DNA from: Escherichia coli
GTDB lineage: Bacteria; Pseudomonadota; Gammaproteobacteria; Enterobacterales; Enterobacteriaceae
Strand: one strand, 5' to 3'
DNA length: 64,000 bases
NCBI RefSeq assembly: GCF_003334785.1
Contig: NZ_QOWV01000002.1
A program made the translations under genes and the position numbers. Positions 26,159 through 38,655 of the stretch are shown here, in pieces (position 1 is the stretch's first letter; every line of letters starts with the position of its first letter). Below the pieces are notes generated by a model, which was not told the DNA's origin, made no database searches, and was given only the letters and a program-made list of their open reading frames with translations.

Positions 26159-26810
26159 GTTTCAGAATCGGTTAGTGGGCACGATCGTGCTGGTGGCGCT
26201 GGGGGTGATTGTACTTCCAGGGCTGCTGGACGGGCAGAAAAAACATTATCAGGATGAGTTCGCGGCTATCCCGCTGGTGCCGAAAGCGGGCGATCGTGAT
26301 GAGCCTGATATGATGCCAGCCGCCACCCAGGCGTTACCGACGCAGCCGCCGGAAGGCGCAGCGGAAGAGGTGCGGGCAGGTGATGCCGCAGCACCGTCGC
26401 TCGATCCGGCCACTATTGCAGCCAATAACACCGAGTTTGAACCGGAACCTGCACCGGTCGCCCCACCGAAGCCGAAACCGGTGGAGCCGCCTAAACCAAA
26501 GGTTGAAGCACCACCTGCGCCGAAGCCAGAACCGAAGCCGGTCGTGGAAGAAAAAGCTGCACCGACGGGTAAAGCCTATGTTGTGCAACTGGGTGCGCTG
26601 AAAAATGCCGATAAAGTGAATGAGATTGTCGGTAAGCTGCGCGGTGCCGGTTATCGGGTTTATACGTCGCCATCCACGCCAGTGCAGGGTAAAATTACCC
26701 GTATTCTGGTTGGGCCGGATGCCTCGAAAGATAAGCTGAAAGGTTCGCTGGGTGAGTTGAAGCAACTTTCTGGCTTAAGTGGCGTGGTAATGGGCTATAC
26801 GCCGAATTAA
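26148..26810 (+). CDS. dedD: cell-division protein DedD (SPOR domain)
   Basis: 220 aa from GTG 26148 (GAGGAG RBS), overlapping the folC 3' end by 11 nt; N-terminal membrane anchor, Pro-rich linker, C-terminal SPOR domain. Confidence 0.85.
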   Translation: MASKFQNRLVGTIVLVALGVIVLPGLLDGQKKHYQDEFAAIPLVPKAGDRDEPDMMPAATQALPTQPPEGAAEEVRAGDAAAPSLDPATIAANNTEFEPEPAPVAPPKPKPVEPPKPKVEAPPAPKPEPKPVVEEKAAPTGKAYVVQLGALKNADKVNEIVGKLRGAGYRVYTSPSTPVQGKITRILVGPDASKDKLKGSLGELKQLSGLSGVVMGYTPN

Positions 26811-26817
26811 TACGGTC

Positions 26818-26905
26818 TTGCCTGATGCGACGCTGGCGCGTCTTATCAGGCCTACGCAGGGGTAGAACCGTAGGTCGGATAAGGCGTTTACGCCGCATCC
26901 GACAC
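26818..26905. repeat. REP/BIME element (two inverted REP units) downstream of dedD
   Basis: GCCTGATGCGACGCTGGCGCGTCTTATCAGGCCTAC and GTAGGTCGGATAAGGCGTTTACGCCGCATCCGAC read directly. Confidence 0.8.
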
Positions 26906-26941
26906 GCATTGCCCGATGCCGCAAAGGCATAAAAAGTCGAT

Positions 26942-26973
26942 GGCGTTGAATATTTTTTCAGCGCCATTTTTAT
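26942..26973 (+). terminator. probable rho-independent terminator
   Basis: GGCGTTGA-7 nt-TCAGCGCC (one G-U pair) followed by ATTTTTATT. Confidence 0.55.
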
Positions 26974-26996
26974 TGATGCGCGGGAAGGAAATCCCT

Positions 26997-27012
26997 ACGC
27001 AAACGTTTTCTT
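26997..27012 (+). promoter_or_regulatory. PurR operator (ACGCAAACGTTTTCTT) in the cvpA-purF promoter
   Basis: 16-bp match to the PurR box consensus ACGCAAACGTTTGCGT, with a TAGAAT -10-like hexamer 8 bp downstream. Confidence 0.8.
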
Positions 27013-27068
27013 TTTCTGTTAGAATGCGCCCCGAACAGGATGACAGGGCGTAAAATCGTGGGACACAT

Positions 27069-27557
27069 ATGGTCTGGATTGATTACGCCATAATCGCGGT
27101 GATTGCTTTTTCCTCTCTGGTTAGCCTGATCCGCGGCTTTGTTCGTGAAGCGTTATCGCTGGTGACATGGGGTTGTGCTTTCTTTGTTGCCAGTCATTAC
27201 TACACTTACCTGTCAGTCTGGTTTACGGGCTTTGAAGACGAACTGGTTCGAAATGGGATTGCCATCGCGGTACTGTTTATCGCTACCCTGATCGTTGGTG
27301 CTATCGTGAACTTCGTGATAGGCCAGTTGGTGGAGAAAACGGGGTTGTCAGGCACCGATCGGGTGCTGGGCGTCTGTTTCGGTGCGTTGCGCGGTGTGTT
27401 GATTGTTGCTGCCATTCTCTTCTTTCTCGACTCCTTTACCGGGGTGTCGAAAAGCGAAGACTGGAGCAAATCACAGCTGATCCCGCAATTCAGTTTTATC
27501 ATCAGATGGTTTTTTGATTATCTGCAAAGCTCGTCAAGTTTCTTGCCCAGAGCGTAA
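27069..27557 (+). CDS. cvpA: colicin V production membrane protein CvpA
   Basis: 162-aa membrane protein immediately upstream of purF. Confidence 0.9.
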   Translation: MVWIDYAIIAVIAFSSLVSLIRGFVREALSLVTWGCAFFVASHYYTYLSVWFTGFEDELVRNGIAIAVLFIATLIVGAIVNFVIGQLVEKTGLSGTDRVLGVCFGALRGVLIVAAILFFLDSFTGVSKSEDWSKSQLIPQFSFIIRWFFDYLQSSSSFLPRA

Positions 27558-27593
27558 GTGCTCTGAGATGTGGCTTAACGAGGAAAAAGACGT

Positions 27594-29111
27594 ATGTGCG
27601 GTATTGTCGGTATCGCCGGTGTTATGCCGGTTAACCAGTCGATTTATGATGCCTTAACGGTGCTTCAGCATCGCGGTCAGGATGCCGCCGGCATCATCAC
27701 CATAGATGCCAATAACTGCTTCCGTTTGCGTAAAGCGAACGGGCTGGTGAGCGATGTATTTGAAGCTCGCCATATGCAGCGTTTGCAGGGCAATATGGGC
27801 ATTGGTCATGTGCGTTACCCCACGGCTGGCAGCTCCAGCGCCTCTGAAGCGCAGCCGTTTTACGTTAACTCCCCGTATGGCATTACGCTTGCCCACAACG
27901 GCAATCTGACCAACGCTCACGAGTTGCGTAAAAAACTGTTTGAAGAAAAACGCCGCCACATCAACACCACTTCCGACTCGGAAATTCTGCTTAATATCTT
28001 CGCCAGCGAGCTGGACAACTTCCGCCACTACCCGCTGGAAGCCGACAATATTTTCGCTGCCATTGCTGCCACAAACCGCTTAATCCGCGGCGCGTATGCC
28101 TGTGTGGCGATGATTATCGGCCACGGTATGGTTGCTTTCCGCGATCCAAACGGGATTCGTCCGCTGGTACTGGGAAAACGTGATATTGACGAGAACCGTA
28201 CAGAATATATGGTCGCTTCCGAAAGCGTAGCGCTCGATACGCTGGGCTTTGATTTCCTGCGTGACGTCGCGCCGGGCGAAGCGATTTACATCACTGAAGA
28301 AGGGCAGTTGTTTACCCGTCAATGTGCTGACAATCCGGTCAGCAATCCGTGCCTGTTTGAGTATGTATACTTTGCCCGCCCGGACTCGTTTATCGACAAA
28401 ATTTCCGTTTACAGCGCGCGTGTGAATATGGGCACGAAACTGGGCGAGAAAATTGCCCGCGAATGGGAAGATCTGGATATCGACGTGGTGATCCCGATCC
28501 CAGAAACCTCGTGTGATATCGCGCTGGAAATTGCTCGTATTCTGGGCAAACCGTACCGCCAGGGCTTCGTTAAAAACCGCTATGTTGGCCGCACCTTTAT
28601 CATGCCGGGCCAGCAGCTGCGTCGTAAGTCCGTGCGCCGTAAACTGAATGCCAACCGCGCCGAGTTCCGCGATAAAAACGTCCTGCTGGTCGACGACTCC
28701 ATCGTCCGTGGCACCACTTCTGAGCAGATTATCGAGATGGCACGCGAAGCCGGAGCGAAGAAAGTGTACCTCGCTTCTGCGGCACCGGAAATTCGCTTCC
28801 CGAACGTTTATGGTATTGATATGCCGAGCGCCACGGAACTGATCGCTCACGGTCGCGAAGTTGATGAAATTCGCCAGATCATCGGTGCTGACGGGTTGAT
28901 TTTCCAGGATCTGAACGATCTGATCGACGCCGTTCGCGCTGAAAATCCGGATATCCAGCAGTTTGAATGCTCGGTGTTCAACGGCGTCTACGTCACCAAA
29001 GATGTTGATCAGGGCTACCTCGATTTCCTCGATACGTTACGTAATGATGACGCCAAAGCAGTGCAACGTCAGAACGAAGTGGAAAATCTCGAAATGCATA
29101 ACGAAGGATGA
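27594..29111 (+). CDS. purF: amidophosphoribosyltransferase
   Basis: 505-aa product with N-terminal MCGIVG (Ntn Cys after Met removal) and PRPP-binding region. Confidence 0.95.
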
Positions 29112-29205
29112 TGCCTTCGCTGAGGGTGCCGGTCTGGCACCCTGACTTGCAACTCCCGCCGAAATCCTGCAAAGTCTGCCTGCAAGTCTGACAGGGCAAC
29201 TATTT

Positions 29206-29775
29206 ATGAAACGACTCATTGTAGGCATCAGCGGTGCCAGCGGCGCGATTTATGGCGTGCGCTTATTACAGGTTCTGCGCGATGTCACAGATATCGAAAC
29301 GCATCTGGTGATGAGCCAGGCAGCGCGCCAGACCTTATCCCTCGAAACGGATTTTTCTCTGCGCGAAGTGCAGGCATTAGCCGATGTCACGCACGATGCG
29401 CGCGATATTGCCGCCAGCATCTCTTCCGGTTCTTTCCAGACGCTGGGGATGGTGATTTTACCCTGTTCAATCAAAACCCTTTCCGGCATTGTCCATAGCT
29501 ATACTGATGGCTTACTGACCCGTGCGGCAGATGTGGTGCTGAAAGAGCGTCGCCCGTTGGTGCTCTGCGTGCGTGAAACACCATTGCACTTAGGCCATCT
29601 GCGTTTAATGACTCAGGCGGCAGAAATCGGTGCGGTGATTATGCCTCCCGTTCCGGCGTTTTATCATCGCCCGCAATCCCTTGATGATGTGATAAATCAG
29701 ACGGTTAATCGTGTTCTTGACCAGTTTGCGATAACCCTTCCTGAAGATCTCTTTGCCCGCTGGCAGGGCGCATAA
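29206..29775 (+). CDS. ubiX: flavin prenyltransferase UbiX
   Basis: 189-aa product MKRLIVGISGASGAIYGVRLL. Confidence 0.9.
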   Translation: MKRLIVGISGASGAIYGVRLLQVLRDVTDIETHLVMSQAARQTLSLETDFSLREVQALADVTHDARDIAASISSGSFQTLGMVILPCSIKTLSGIVHSYTDGLLTRAADVVLKERRPLVLCVRETPLHLGHLRLMTQAAEIGAVIMPPVPAFYHRPQSLDDVINQTVNRVLDQFAITLPEDLFARWQGA

Positions 29776-29956
29776 CTCCGCTGTTGCCCTGTTTCAGGGC
29801 AATTTTGCAACCGCGATCAAATCCTCGACATTTTGTTTCTGCCATTCAATCGAAACGCTGCGATTCAACCGCTATACCTGCTATCTTCAACTTCAGGACA
29901 ATAATGCAACGTCTTATTAACATATTTAACGTTGAATGTTACTGTTGTCGTCAAGA

Positions 29957-29972
29957 TGGCATAAGACCTGCA
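29957..29972 (+). promoter_or_regulatory. sigma54-type promoter (TGGCAT-N5-CTGCA) upstream of argT
   Basis: GG and GC elements at the canonical -24/-12 spacing, about 70 bp upstream of the argT ATG. Confidence 0.6.
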
Positions 29973-30040
29973 TGAAAGAGCCTGCAAACACACAACACAA
30001 TACACAACATAAAAAAGCCATTTTCACTTGAGGGTTATGT

Positions 30041-30823
30041 ATGAAGAAGTCGATTCTCGCTCTGTCTTTGTTAGTCGGTCTCTCCACAGCGGCTTCCAGC
30101 TATGCGGCGCTACCGGAGACGGTACGTATCGGAACCGATACCACCTACGCACCGTTCTCATCGAAAGATGCTAAAGGTGATTTTGTTGGCTTTGATATCG
30201 ATCTCGGTAACGAGATGTGCAAACGGATGCAGGTGAAATGTACCTGGGTTGCCAGTGACTTTGACGCGCTGATCCCCTCACTGAAAGCGAAAAAAATCGA
30301 CGCTATTATTTCGTCGCTTTCCATTACCGATAAACGTCAGCAGGAGATTGCCTTCTCCGACAAGCTGTACGCCGCAGATTCTCGTTTGATTGCGGCCAAA
30401 GGTTCACCGATTCAGCCAACGCTGGATTCACTGAAAGGTAAACATGTTGGTGTGCTGCAGGGATCAACCCAGGAAGCTTACGCTAACGAGACCTGGCGTA
30501 GTAAAGGCGTGGATGTGGTGGCCTATGCCAACCAGGATTTGGTCTATTCCGATCTGGCTGCAGGACGTCTGGATGCTGCGTTACAAGATGAAGTTGCTGC
30601 CAGCGAAGGATTCCTCAAGCAACCTGCTGGTAAAGATTTCGCCTTTGCTGGCTCATCAGTAAAAGACAAAAAATACTTCGGTGATGGCACCGGTGTAGGG
30701 CTACGTAAAGATGATGCTGAACTGACGGCTGCCTTCAATAAGGCGCTTGGCGAGCTGCGTCAGGACGGCACCTACGACAAGATGGCGAAAAAGTATTTCG
30801 ACTTTAATGTCTACGGTGACTGA
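30041..30823 (+). CDS. argT: lysine/arginine/ornithine-binding periplasmic protein
   Basis: 260-aa periplasmic binding protein, paralogous to the downstream hisJ. Confidence 0.95.
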   Translation: MKKSILALSLLVGLSTAASSYAALPETVRIGTDTTYAPFSSKDAKGDFVGFDIDLGNEMCKRMQVKCTWVASDFDALIPSLKAKKIDAIISSLSITDKRQQEIAFSDKLYAADSRLIAAKGSPIQPTLDSLKGKHVGVLQGSTQEAYANETWRSKGVDVVAYANQDLVYSDLAAGRLDAALQDEVAASEGFLKQPAGKDFAFAGSSVKDKKYFGDGTGVGLRKDDAELTAAFNKALGELRQDGTYDKMAKKYFDFNVYGD

Positions 30824-31043
30824 TACGTCGCTGGGAAGCTGTACCTGATGGAATGATCATCATGGTGCACGCCAGGTTTGTTGCACTATCGTGGTGCATT
30901 GAAATGCATACTTAAGCATTTTTAATGAAAAATAATACGTCTAACGGGGCGGGATATTTTGCCTTGATGGTCAATTTTATGGCACGATAAGTGTAACAAA
31001 CCTGTAAATATTCCCTATAAAAAGACTGTCAGTTGAGGACATT

Positions 31044-31826
31044 ATGAAAAAACTGGTGCTATCGCTCTCTCTGGTTCTGGCCTTCTCCAGCGCAACTGCG
31101 GCGTTTGCTGCGATTCCGCAAAACATCCGCATCGGTACCGACCCGACCTATGCGCCATTTGAATCAAAAAATTCACAAGGCGAACTGGTTGGCTTCGATA
31201 TCGATCTGGCAAAGGAATTATGCAAACGCATCAATACGCAATGTACGTTTGTCGAAAATCCGCTGGATGCGTTAATCCCGTCCTTAAAAGCGAAGAAGAT
31301 TGACGCCATCATGTCATCGCTTTCCATTACGGAAAAACGTCAGCAAGAAATAGCCTTCACCGACAAACTGTACGCTGCCGATTCTCGTTTGGTGGTGGCG
31401 AAAAATTCTGACATTCAGCCGACAGTCGAGTCGCTGAAAGGCAAACGGGTAGGCGTATTGCAGGGCACCACCCAGGAGACGTTCGGTAATGAACATTGGG
31501 CACCAAAAGGCATTGAAATCGTCTCGTATCAGGGGCAGGACAACATTTATTCTGACCTGACTGCCGGACGTATTGATGCCGCGTTCCAGGATGAGGTCGC
31601 TGCCAGCGAAGGTTTCCTCAAACAACCTGTCGGTAAAGATTACAAATTCGGTGGCCCGTCTGTTAAAGATGAAAAACTGTTTGGCGTAGGGACCGGCATG
31701 GGCCTGCGTAAAGAAGATAACGAACTGCGCGAAGCACTGAACAAAGCCTTTGCCGAAATGCGCGCTGACGGTACTTACGAGAAATTAGCGAAAAAGTACT
31801 TCGATTTTGATGTTTATGGTGGCTAA
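31044..31826 (+). CDS. hisJ: histidine-binding periplasmic protein
   Basis: 260-aa periplasmic binding protein, first gene of the hisJQMP transporter. Confidence 0.95.
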   Translation: MKKLVLSLSLVLAFSSATAAFAAIPQNIRIGTDPTYAPFESKNSQGELVGFDIDLAKELCKRINTQCTFVENPLDALIPSLKAKKIDAIMSSLSITEKRQQEIAFTDKLYAADSRLVVAKNSDIQPTVESLKGKRVGVLQGTTQETFGNEHWAPKGIEIVSYQGQDNIYSDLTAGRIDAAFQDEVAASEGFLKQPVGKDYKFGGPSVKDEKLFGVGTGMGLRKEDNELREALNKAFAEMRADGTYEKLAKKYFDFDVYGG

Positions 31827-31849
31827 TCGCCATCGGTGAAAGAAAGCCC

Positions 31850-31874
31850 GCTCCCTTCGGGTAACCGGAGGGAG
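31850..31874 (+). other. intercistronic stem-loop between hisJ and hisQ
   Basis: GCTCCCTTCGG-GTAA-CCGGAGGGAG (one G-U pair); no U-tract. Confidence 0.5.
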
Positions 31875-31915
31875 ACAAGAGGCGGTAATTCACCACACAC
31901 GACAGGACAGGCAGC

Positions 31916-32602
31916 ATGTTGTATGGGTTTTCAGGTGTTATTTTACAGGGTGCGCTCGTCACGCTGGAGCTGGCTATCAGCTCTGTAGTGCTCGCTGTAA
32001 TCATCGGTTTAATTGGCGCTGGCGGTAAGCTCTCGCAAAATCGGCTTTCGGGGCTGATTTTCGAAGGGTACACCACGCTGATTCGTGGCGTGCCGGACTT
32101 AGTGTTGATGCTGCTGATTTTCTACGGTTTGCAGATTGCGCTAAACACGGTGACGGAGGCGATGGGCGTCGGGCAGATTGATATCGATCCGATGGTCGCT
32201 GGTATTATCACTCTCGGTTTTATCTACGGTGCTTATTTTACCGAAACGTTCCGTGGTGCTTTTATGGCAGTGCCGAAAGGACATATAGAGGCGGCGACGG
32301 CGTTCGGTTTTACTCGTGGGCAAGTGTTTCGGCGGATCATGTTTCCGTCGATGATGCGTTACGCCCTGCCAGGCATTGGCAACAACTGGCAGGTGATCCT
32401 CAAATCTACCGCACTGGTTTCGTTACTCGGCCTGGAAGATGTGGTCAAAGCCACCCAACTGGCAGGCAAAAGTACCTGGGAACCGTTCTATTTCGCCATC
32501 GTCTGTGGCGTGATTTACCTGGTTTTCACCACTGTTTCCAATGGTGTGCTGCTGTTCCTTGAGCGCCGCTACTCCGTGGGTGTGAAGAGGGCTGACCTGT
32601 GA
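31916..32602 (+). CDS. hisQ: histidine ABC transporter permease HisQ
   Basis: 228-aa polar-amino-acid ABC permease. Confidence 0.95.
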   Translation: MLYGFSGVILQGALVTLELAISSVVLAVIIGLIGAGGKLSQNRLSGLIFEGYTTLIRGVPDLVLMLLIFYGLQIALNTVTEAMGVGQIDIDPMVAGIITLGFIYGAYFTETFRGAFMAVPKGHIEAATAFGFTRGQVFRRIMFPSMMRYALPGIGNNWQVILKSTALVSLLGLEDVVKATQLAGKSTWEPFYFAIVCGVIYLVFTTVSNGVLLFLERRYSVGVKRADL

Positions 32603-33315
32603 TCGAAATCTTACATGAATACTGGAAACCGCTGCTGTGGACCGACGGTTATCGCTTTACTGGTGTGGCGATCACTCTGTGGCTGCTTATTTTGTCGGTA
32701 GTGATAGGCGGAGTCCTGGCGCTGTTTCTGGCGATTGGTCGTGTCTCCAGTAATAAATACATCCAGTTTCCAATCTGGTTATTTACCTATATTTTTCGCG
32801 GTACGCCGCTGTATGTTCAGTTGCTGGTGTTCTATTCCGGCATGTACACGCTTGAGATTGTTAAGGGAACCGAATTCCTTAACGCTTTCTTCCGCAGTGG
32901 CCTGAACTGTACCGTGCTGGCGCTGACGCTTAACACCTGCGCTTACACTACCGAGATTTTTGCTGGGGCAATCCGTTCGGTTCCGCATGGGGAAATTGAA
33001 GCCGCCAGAGCCTATGGCTTCTCGACTTTTAAAATGTATCGCTGCATTATTTTGCCTTCTGCGCTGCGTATTGCGTTACCGGCATACAGCAACGAAGTGA
33101 TCCTGATGCTGCACTCTACTGCGTTGGCATTTACTGCCACGGTGCCGGATCTGCTGAAAATAGCCCGCGATATTAACGCCGCCACGTATCAACCTTTTAC
33201 CGCCTTCGGCATTGCCGCGGTGCTCTATTTAATCATCTCTTATGTCCTGATCAGCCTCTTTCGCAGAGCGGAAAAACGCTGGTTGCAGCATGTGAAACCT
33301 TCTTCAACGCACTGA
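32599..33315 (+). CDS. hisM: histidine ABC transporter permease HisM
   Basis: 238 aa, GTG start overlapping the hisQ stop (GTGA). Confidence 0.95.
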   Translation: MIEILHEYWKPLLWTDGYRFTGVAITLWLLILSVVIGGVLALFLAIGRVSSNKYIQFPIWLFTYIFRGTPLYVQLLVFYSGMYTLEIVKGTEFLNAFFRSGLNCTVLALTLNTCAYTTEIFAGAIRSVPHGEIEAARAYGFSTFKMYRCIILPSALRIALPAYSNEVILMLHSTALAFTATVPDLLKIARDINAATYQPFTAFGIAAVLYLIISYVLISLFRRAEKRWLQHVKPSSTH

Positions 33316-33322
33316 GAATACG

Positions 33323-34096
33323 ATGTCCGAGAATAAATTAAACGTTATCGATTTGCACAAACGCTACGGCGAACATGAAGTGCTGAAAGGGGTATCACTG
33401 CAAGCGAATGCCGGAGATGTAATAAGCATCATCGGATCGTCGGGATCGGGGAAAAGTACCTTTCTGCGCTGCATTAACTTCCTCGAAAAACCGAGTGAAG
33501 GGTCGATCGTGGTCAATGGCCAGACGATCAATCTGGTGCGCGACAAAGACGGTCAACTCAAAGTCGCCGATAAAAATCAACTGCGCTTACTGCGCACACG
33601 CCTGACGATGGTATTCCAGCACTTCAATCTCTGGAGCCATATGACGGTGCTGGAAAACGTCATGGAAGCGCCGATTCAGGTGTTGGGCCTGAGCAAGCAG
33701 GAAGCGCGCGAGCGGGCGGTGAAGTATCTGGCAAAAGTCGGGATAGACGAACGTGCGCAGGGGAAATATCCGGTGCATCTTTCCGGCGGTCAGCAACAGC
33801 GTGTTTCTATCGCGCGGGCGCTGGCGATGGAACCGGAAGTTTTACTGTTTGATGAACCTACCTCGGCGCTCGATCCTGAACTGGTAGGCGAAGTGTTGCG
33901 TATTATGCAGCAACTGGCAGAAGAGGGGAAAACCATGGTGGTAGTGACTCACGAAATGGGCTTTGCTCGCCATGTTTCTACTCATGTCATTTTCCTCCAT
34001 CAGGGGAAAATAGAAGAAGAGGGCGCGCCGGAGCAGTTATTTGGCAACCCGCAAAGCCCTCGTCTGCAACGGTTCCTTAAGGGATCGCTGAAATAA
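33323..34096 (+). CDS. hisP: histidine ABC transporter ATP-binding protein HisP
   Basis: 257 aa with Walker [10 protein letters not shown] and LSGGQQQR signature. Confidence 0.95.
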
Positions 34097-34100
34097 TTTC

Positions 34101-34133
34101 CTCTCCGGTGGCTAACGCTGCCGGAGTATTTTC
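34101..34133 (+). terminator. probable terminator after hisP
   Basis: CTCCGG-12 nt-CCGGAG followed by TATTTTC. Confidence 0.55.
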
Positions 34134-34292
34134 ATGGGGAATTTGCGAGTCAGCTTCCGCTGAAATGTAAAAGTTACAGTCCGCTAAAAATACTTCTGAA
34201 TTCGCTGTCCAAAGATAAAAACTGCCTGCTGCATTGGGTGTTAATCGTGGTTATTGTCGCGTCATCTTAAATTTGAGGGGTGACGGAACGCC

Positions 34293-35183
34293 ATGACAAT
34301 ATCGACAACTTCCACGCCGCATGATGCGGTATTTAAATCTTTTTTACGCCATCCAGACACCGCGCGGGATTTTATTGATATTCATCTTCCCGCGCCGCTG
34401 CGCAAACTGTGTGATTTAACGACGCTTAAACTGGAACCAAACAGTTTTATTGATGAAGACCTGCGGCAATATTATTCCGACCTCTTGTGGTCTGTGAAAA
34501 CGCAGGAGGGAGTGGGTTATATTTATGTAGTGATAGAGCACCAAAGTAAGCCGGAAGAATTAATGGCTTTTCGCATGATGCGTTATTCCATTGCGGCAAT
34601 GCAAAACCATCTTGATGCGGGCTATAAAGAGCTTCCATTGGTGCTCCCGATGCTGTTTTATCATGGTTGCAGAAGTCCTTATCCTTATTCACTCTGCTGG
34701 CTTGATGAATTTGCCGAGCCTGCTATAGCCCGCAAAATATATTCATCGGCTTTTCCGTTGGTGGATATTACCGTGGTGCCGGATGACGAGATTATGCAAC
34801 ACCGCAAAATGGCGCTGTTGGAGTTAATTCAGAAACATATTCGTCAGCGCGATCTGTTGGGATTAGTCGACCAAATTGTTTCGCTGCTAGTTACAGGGAA
34901 CACTAATGACAGACAGCTAAAAGCCCTGTTTAATTACGTATTACAAACAGGGGATGCCCAGCGTTTTCGTGCATTTATTGGTGAGATAGCGGAACGCGCA
35001 CCACAAGAAAAGGAGAAACTGATGACCATTGCTGACAGATTACGTGAAGAAGGCGCAATGCAGGGCAAACACGAAGAAGCCCTGCGTATTGCTCAGGAGA
35101 TGCTGGATAGAGGTTTAGACAGAGAGTTAGTTATGATGGTGACCCGACTTTCACCAGACGATCTTATCGCGCAAAGCCACTAA
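34293..35183 (+). CDS. rpnB: Rpn-family recombination-promoting nuclease (transposase_31 / PD-(D/E)XK-like)
   Basis: 296-aa product starting [18 protein letters not shown], recognised as the YhgA-like family member YfcI/RpnB; no flanking inverted repeats seen. Confidence 0.8.
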
Positions 35184-35230
35184 TCCTGTAACACCGGGAG
35201 TTAACTGGCGGATGTTTGCTGTAAACCACA

Positions 35231-36124
35231 TCAGCGAACGACATCCGCCAGCGCCTCTTCTAAATCGTACCAGCGAAACGCAAAACCCGCTTCTTCCAGC
35301 CGTTTAGGCAGCGCGCGTTGTCCACCTAATACCAGTACTGAAGATTCGCCCATTAACAGTCGAATGGCGGTCGCGGGGACGCGCAAAATGGCCGGGCGAT
35401 GCAGCGCATGACCGAGCGCATGGGCAAATTGTTCATTGCGTACCGGGTAGGGCGAAACCATATTAAATGGCCCGCGCAGCTCGTTATCCAGCAGCCAGAG
35501 AATACCGTTGACCATATCATCAATATGAATCCAGGCCAGATACTGCCGACCAGAGCCAATCGGCCCGCCCAGGCCAAGACGAAACGGCGGCAGCATTTTA
35601 CCGAGAATACCGCCATCCGGTGCCAGCACTACACCGGTACGCAGCAGGCACACTCGCGTTTTGTCACTTTGCGCCCGGCAGGCAATTTCTTCCCAGCGAG
35701 CGCAGAGTTTATGGGTAAATTCGTTATGCGGCGGTTCCTCTTCGGTAACCACCACTTCACCTAAGTCACCATAATAGCCCGTTGCCGAGCCGGAAATGAG
35801 TACCGACGGTGGCGTGTCGCTGGCATTAATCAAATCGACCAGTTTTTGCGTGATATTCCAGCGGCTTTGGCAGAGACGCTCTTTTTGCTCGTGAGTCCAG
35901 CGTTTATCAGCAATCGGTTCTCCGGCCAGGTTGATTACCGCATCAACGCCGTTGAGGTTGCTTTGATCGGCAAGCCCTTGCCATAGTGTCACCCGAGGGC
36001 CGAGAACGGAACTGGCTTTCTGCGGGTTACGCGTCACTACCGTAATTTGATGGCCCAGCTCCAGCAAACGCGGAATCAAATGGCGACCAATTAATCCTGT
36101 CCCTCCGGTGATCACTATGTTCAT
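35231..36124 (-). CDS. yfcH: NAD-dependent epimerase/dehydratase-family protein YfcH
   Basis: 297 aa with N-terminal GGTGLIG Rossmann motif. Confidence 0.85.
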
Positions 36125-36144
36125 GCAGCCTCCCGATATGGCGA

Positions 36145-36507
36145 TTAACGCTGCCAGCTTAAGGTCATGGATACCGAATCGGCGTAGCGCAGCGCGTGCA
36201 GTTTATCGATCTCCACTTCAGCATACGTCACCCAGTGATGTTCACGTGCGATATCGAGCACATCCTGAGTTAATTTTTCCAGCAAAGAGAAACGGTTATT
36301 CTCTACATGCTGAATAATGTTTTTCGTTACGGTGCGATAATTCAGCGCATCGTTGATATCTTCGCTAGTGCGCGCTTTATCGGCGGGGTAGTGGATCGTC
36401 ACATTGATAACAATATCCTGACGGTTGTTAATTTCTTCTTCCTTAATTCCGATAAACGTACGCAAACGAAGGTTCTTTATACGAATAATAGCGGCAGGTT
36501 GTGCCAT
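36145..36507 (-). CDS. folX: dihydroneopterin triphosphate 2'-epimerase
   Basis: 120-aa product [20 protein letters not shown]. Confidence 0.9.
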
Positions 36508-36563
36508 TGCAGGTTCTCCGTTGTTTTACTTAGGATGAAATAATACACGAGAACCTGTTTCTG

Positions 36564-38040
<1,477 letters not shown>

Positions 38041-38043
38041 TGA

Positions 38044-38598
38044 GTGATGAAACTGATGTTTGCATCGGACATTCATGGGTCGTTACCGGCGACGGAACGT
38101 GTTCTGGAGTTGTTTGCCCAAAGCGGTGCCCAGTGGCTGGTGATCCTTGGCGACGTGTTGAATCACGGCCCGCGTAATGCTTTACCGGAGGGTTACGCGC
38201 CAGCCAAAGTCGCTGAACGGCTTAATGAAGTGGCACATAAGGTTATCGCTGTGCGCGGCAACTGCGACAGCGAAGTGGATCAAATGCTGCTGCATTTCCC
38301 GATAACCGCGCCGTGGCAACAGGTATTACTGGAAAAACAACGTCTGTTTTTGACGCATGGTCATCTTTTTGGCCCGGAAAATCTGCCTGCTTTAAACCAG
38401 AACGATGTGCTGGTGTACGGTCATACCCATCTGCCAGTGGCAGAACAGCGGGGGGAGATTTTCCACTTCAACCCCGGCTCGGTGAGTATTCCGAAAGGCG
38501 GTAATCCGGCGAGTTATGGCATGCTGGATAATGACGTACTTAGTGTAATCGCACTCAATGATCAAAGTATCATTGCGCAGGTCGCGATTAATCCGTAA
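38044..38598 (+). CDS. yfcE: metallophosphoesterase (phosphodiesterase) YfcE
   Basis: 184 aa with DxH...GD...GNCD...GHTH calcineurin-like motifs; GTG at 38044 or ATG at 38047. Confidence 0.85.
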   Translation: MMKLMFASDIHGSLPATERVLELFAQSGAQWLVILGDVLNHGPRNALPEGYAPAKVAERLNEVAHKVIAVRGNCDSEVDQMLLHFPITAPWQQVLLEKQRLFLTHGHLFGPENLPALNQNDVLVYGHTHLPVAEQRGEIFHFNPGSVSIPKGGNPASYGMLDNDVLSVIALNDQSIIAQVAINP

Positions 38599-38655
38599 TT
38601 TACCCACAACTCAAAATGCGCCGTAAGAGCGCCAGAAAAAGAAGGTTTCCTGATA

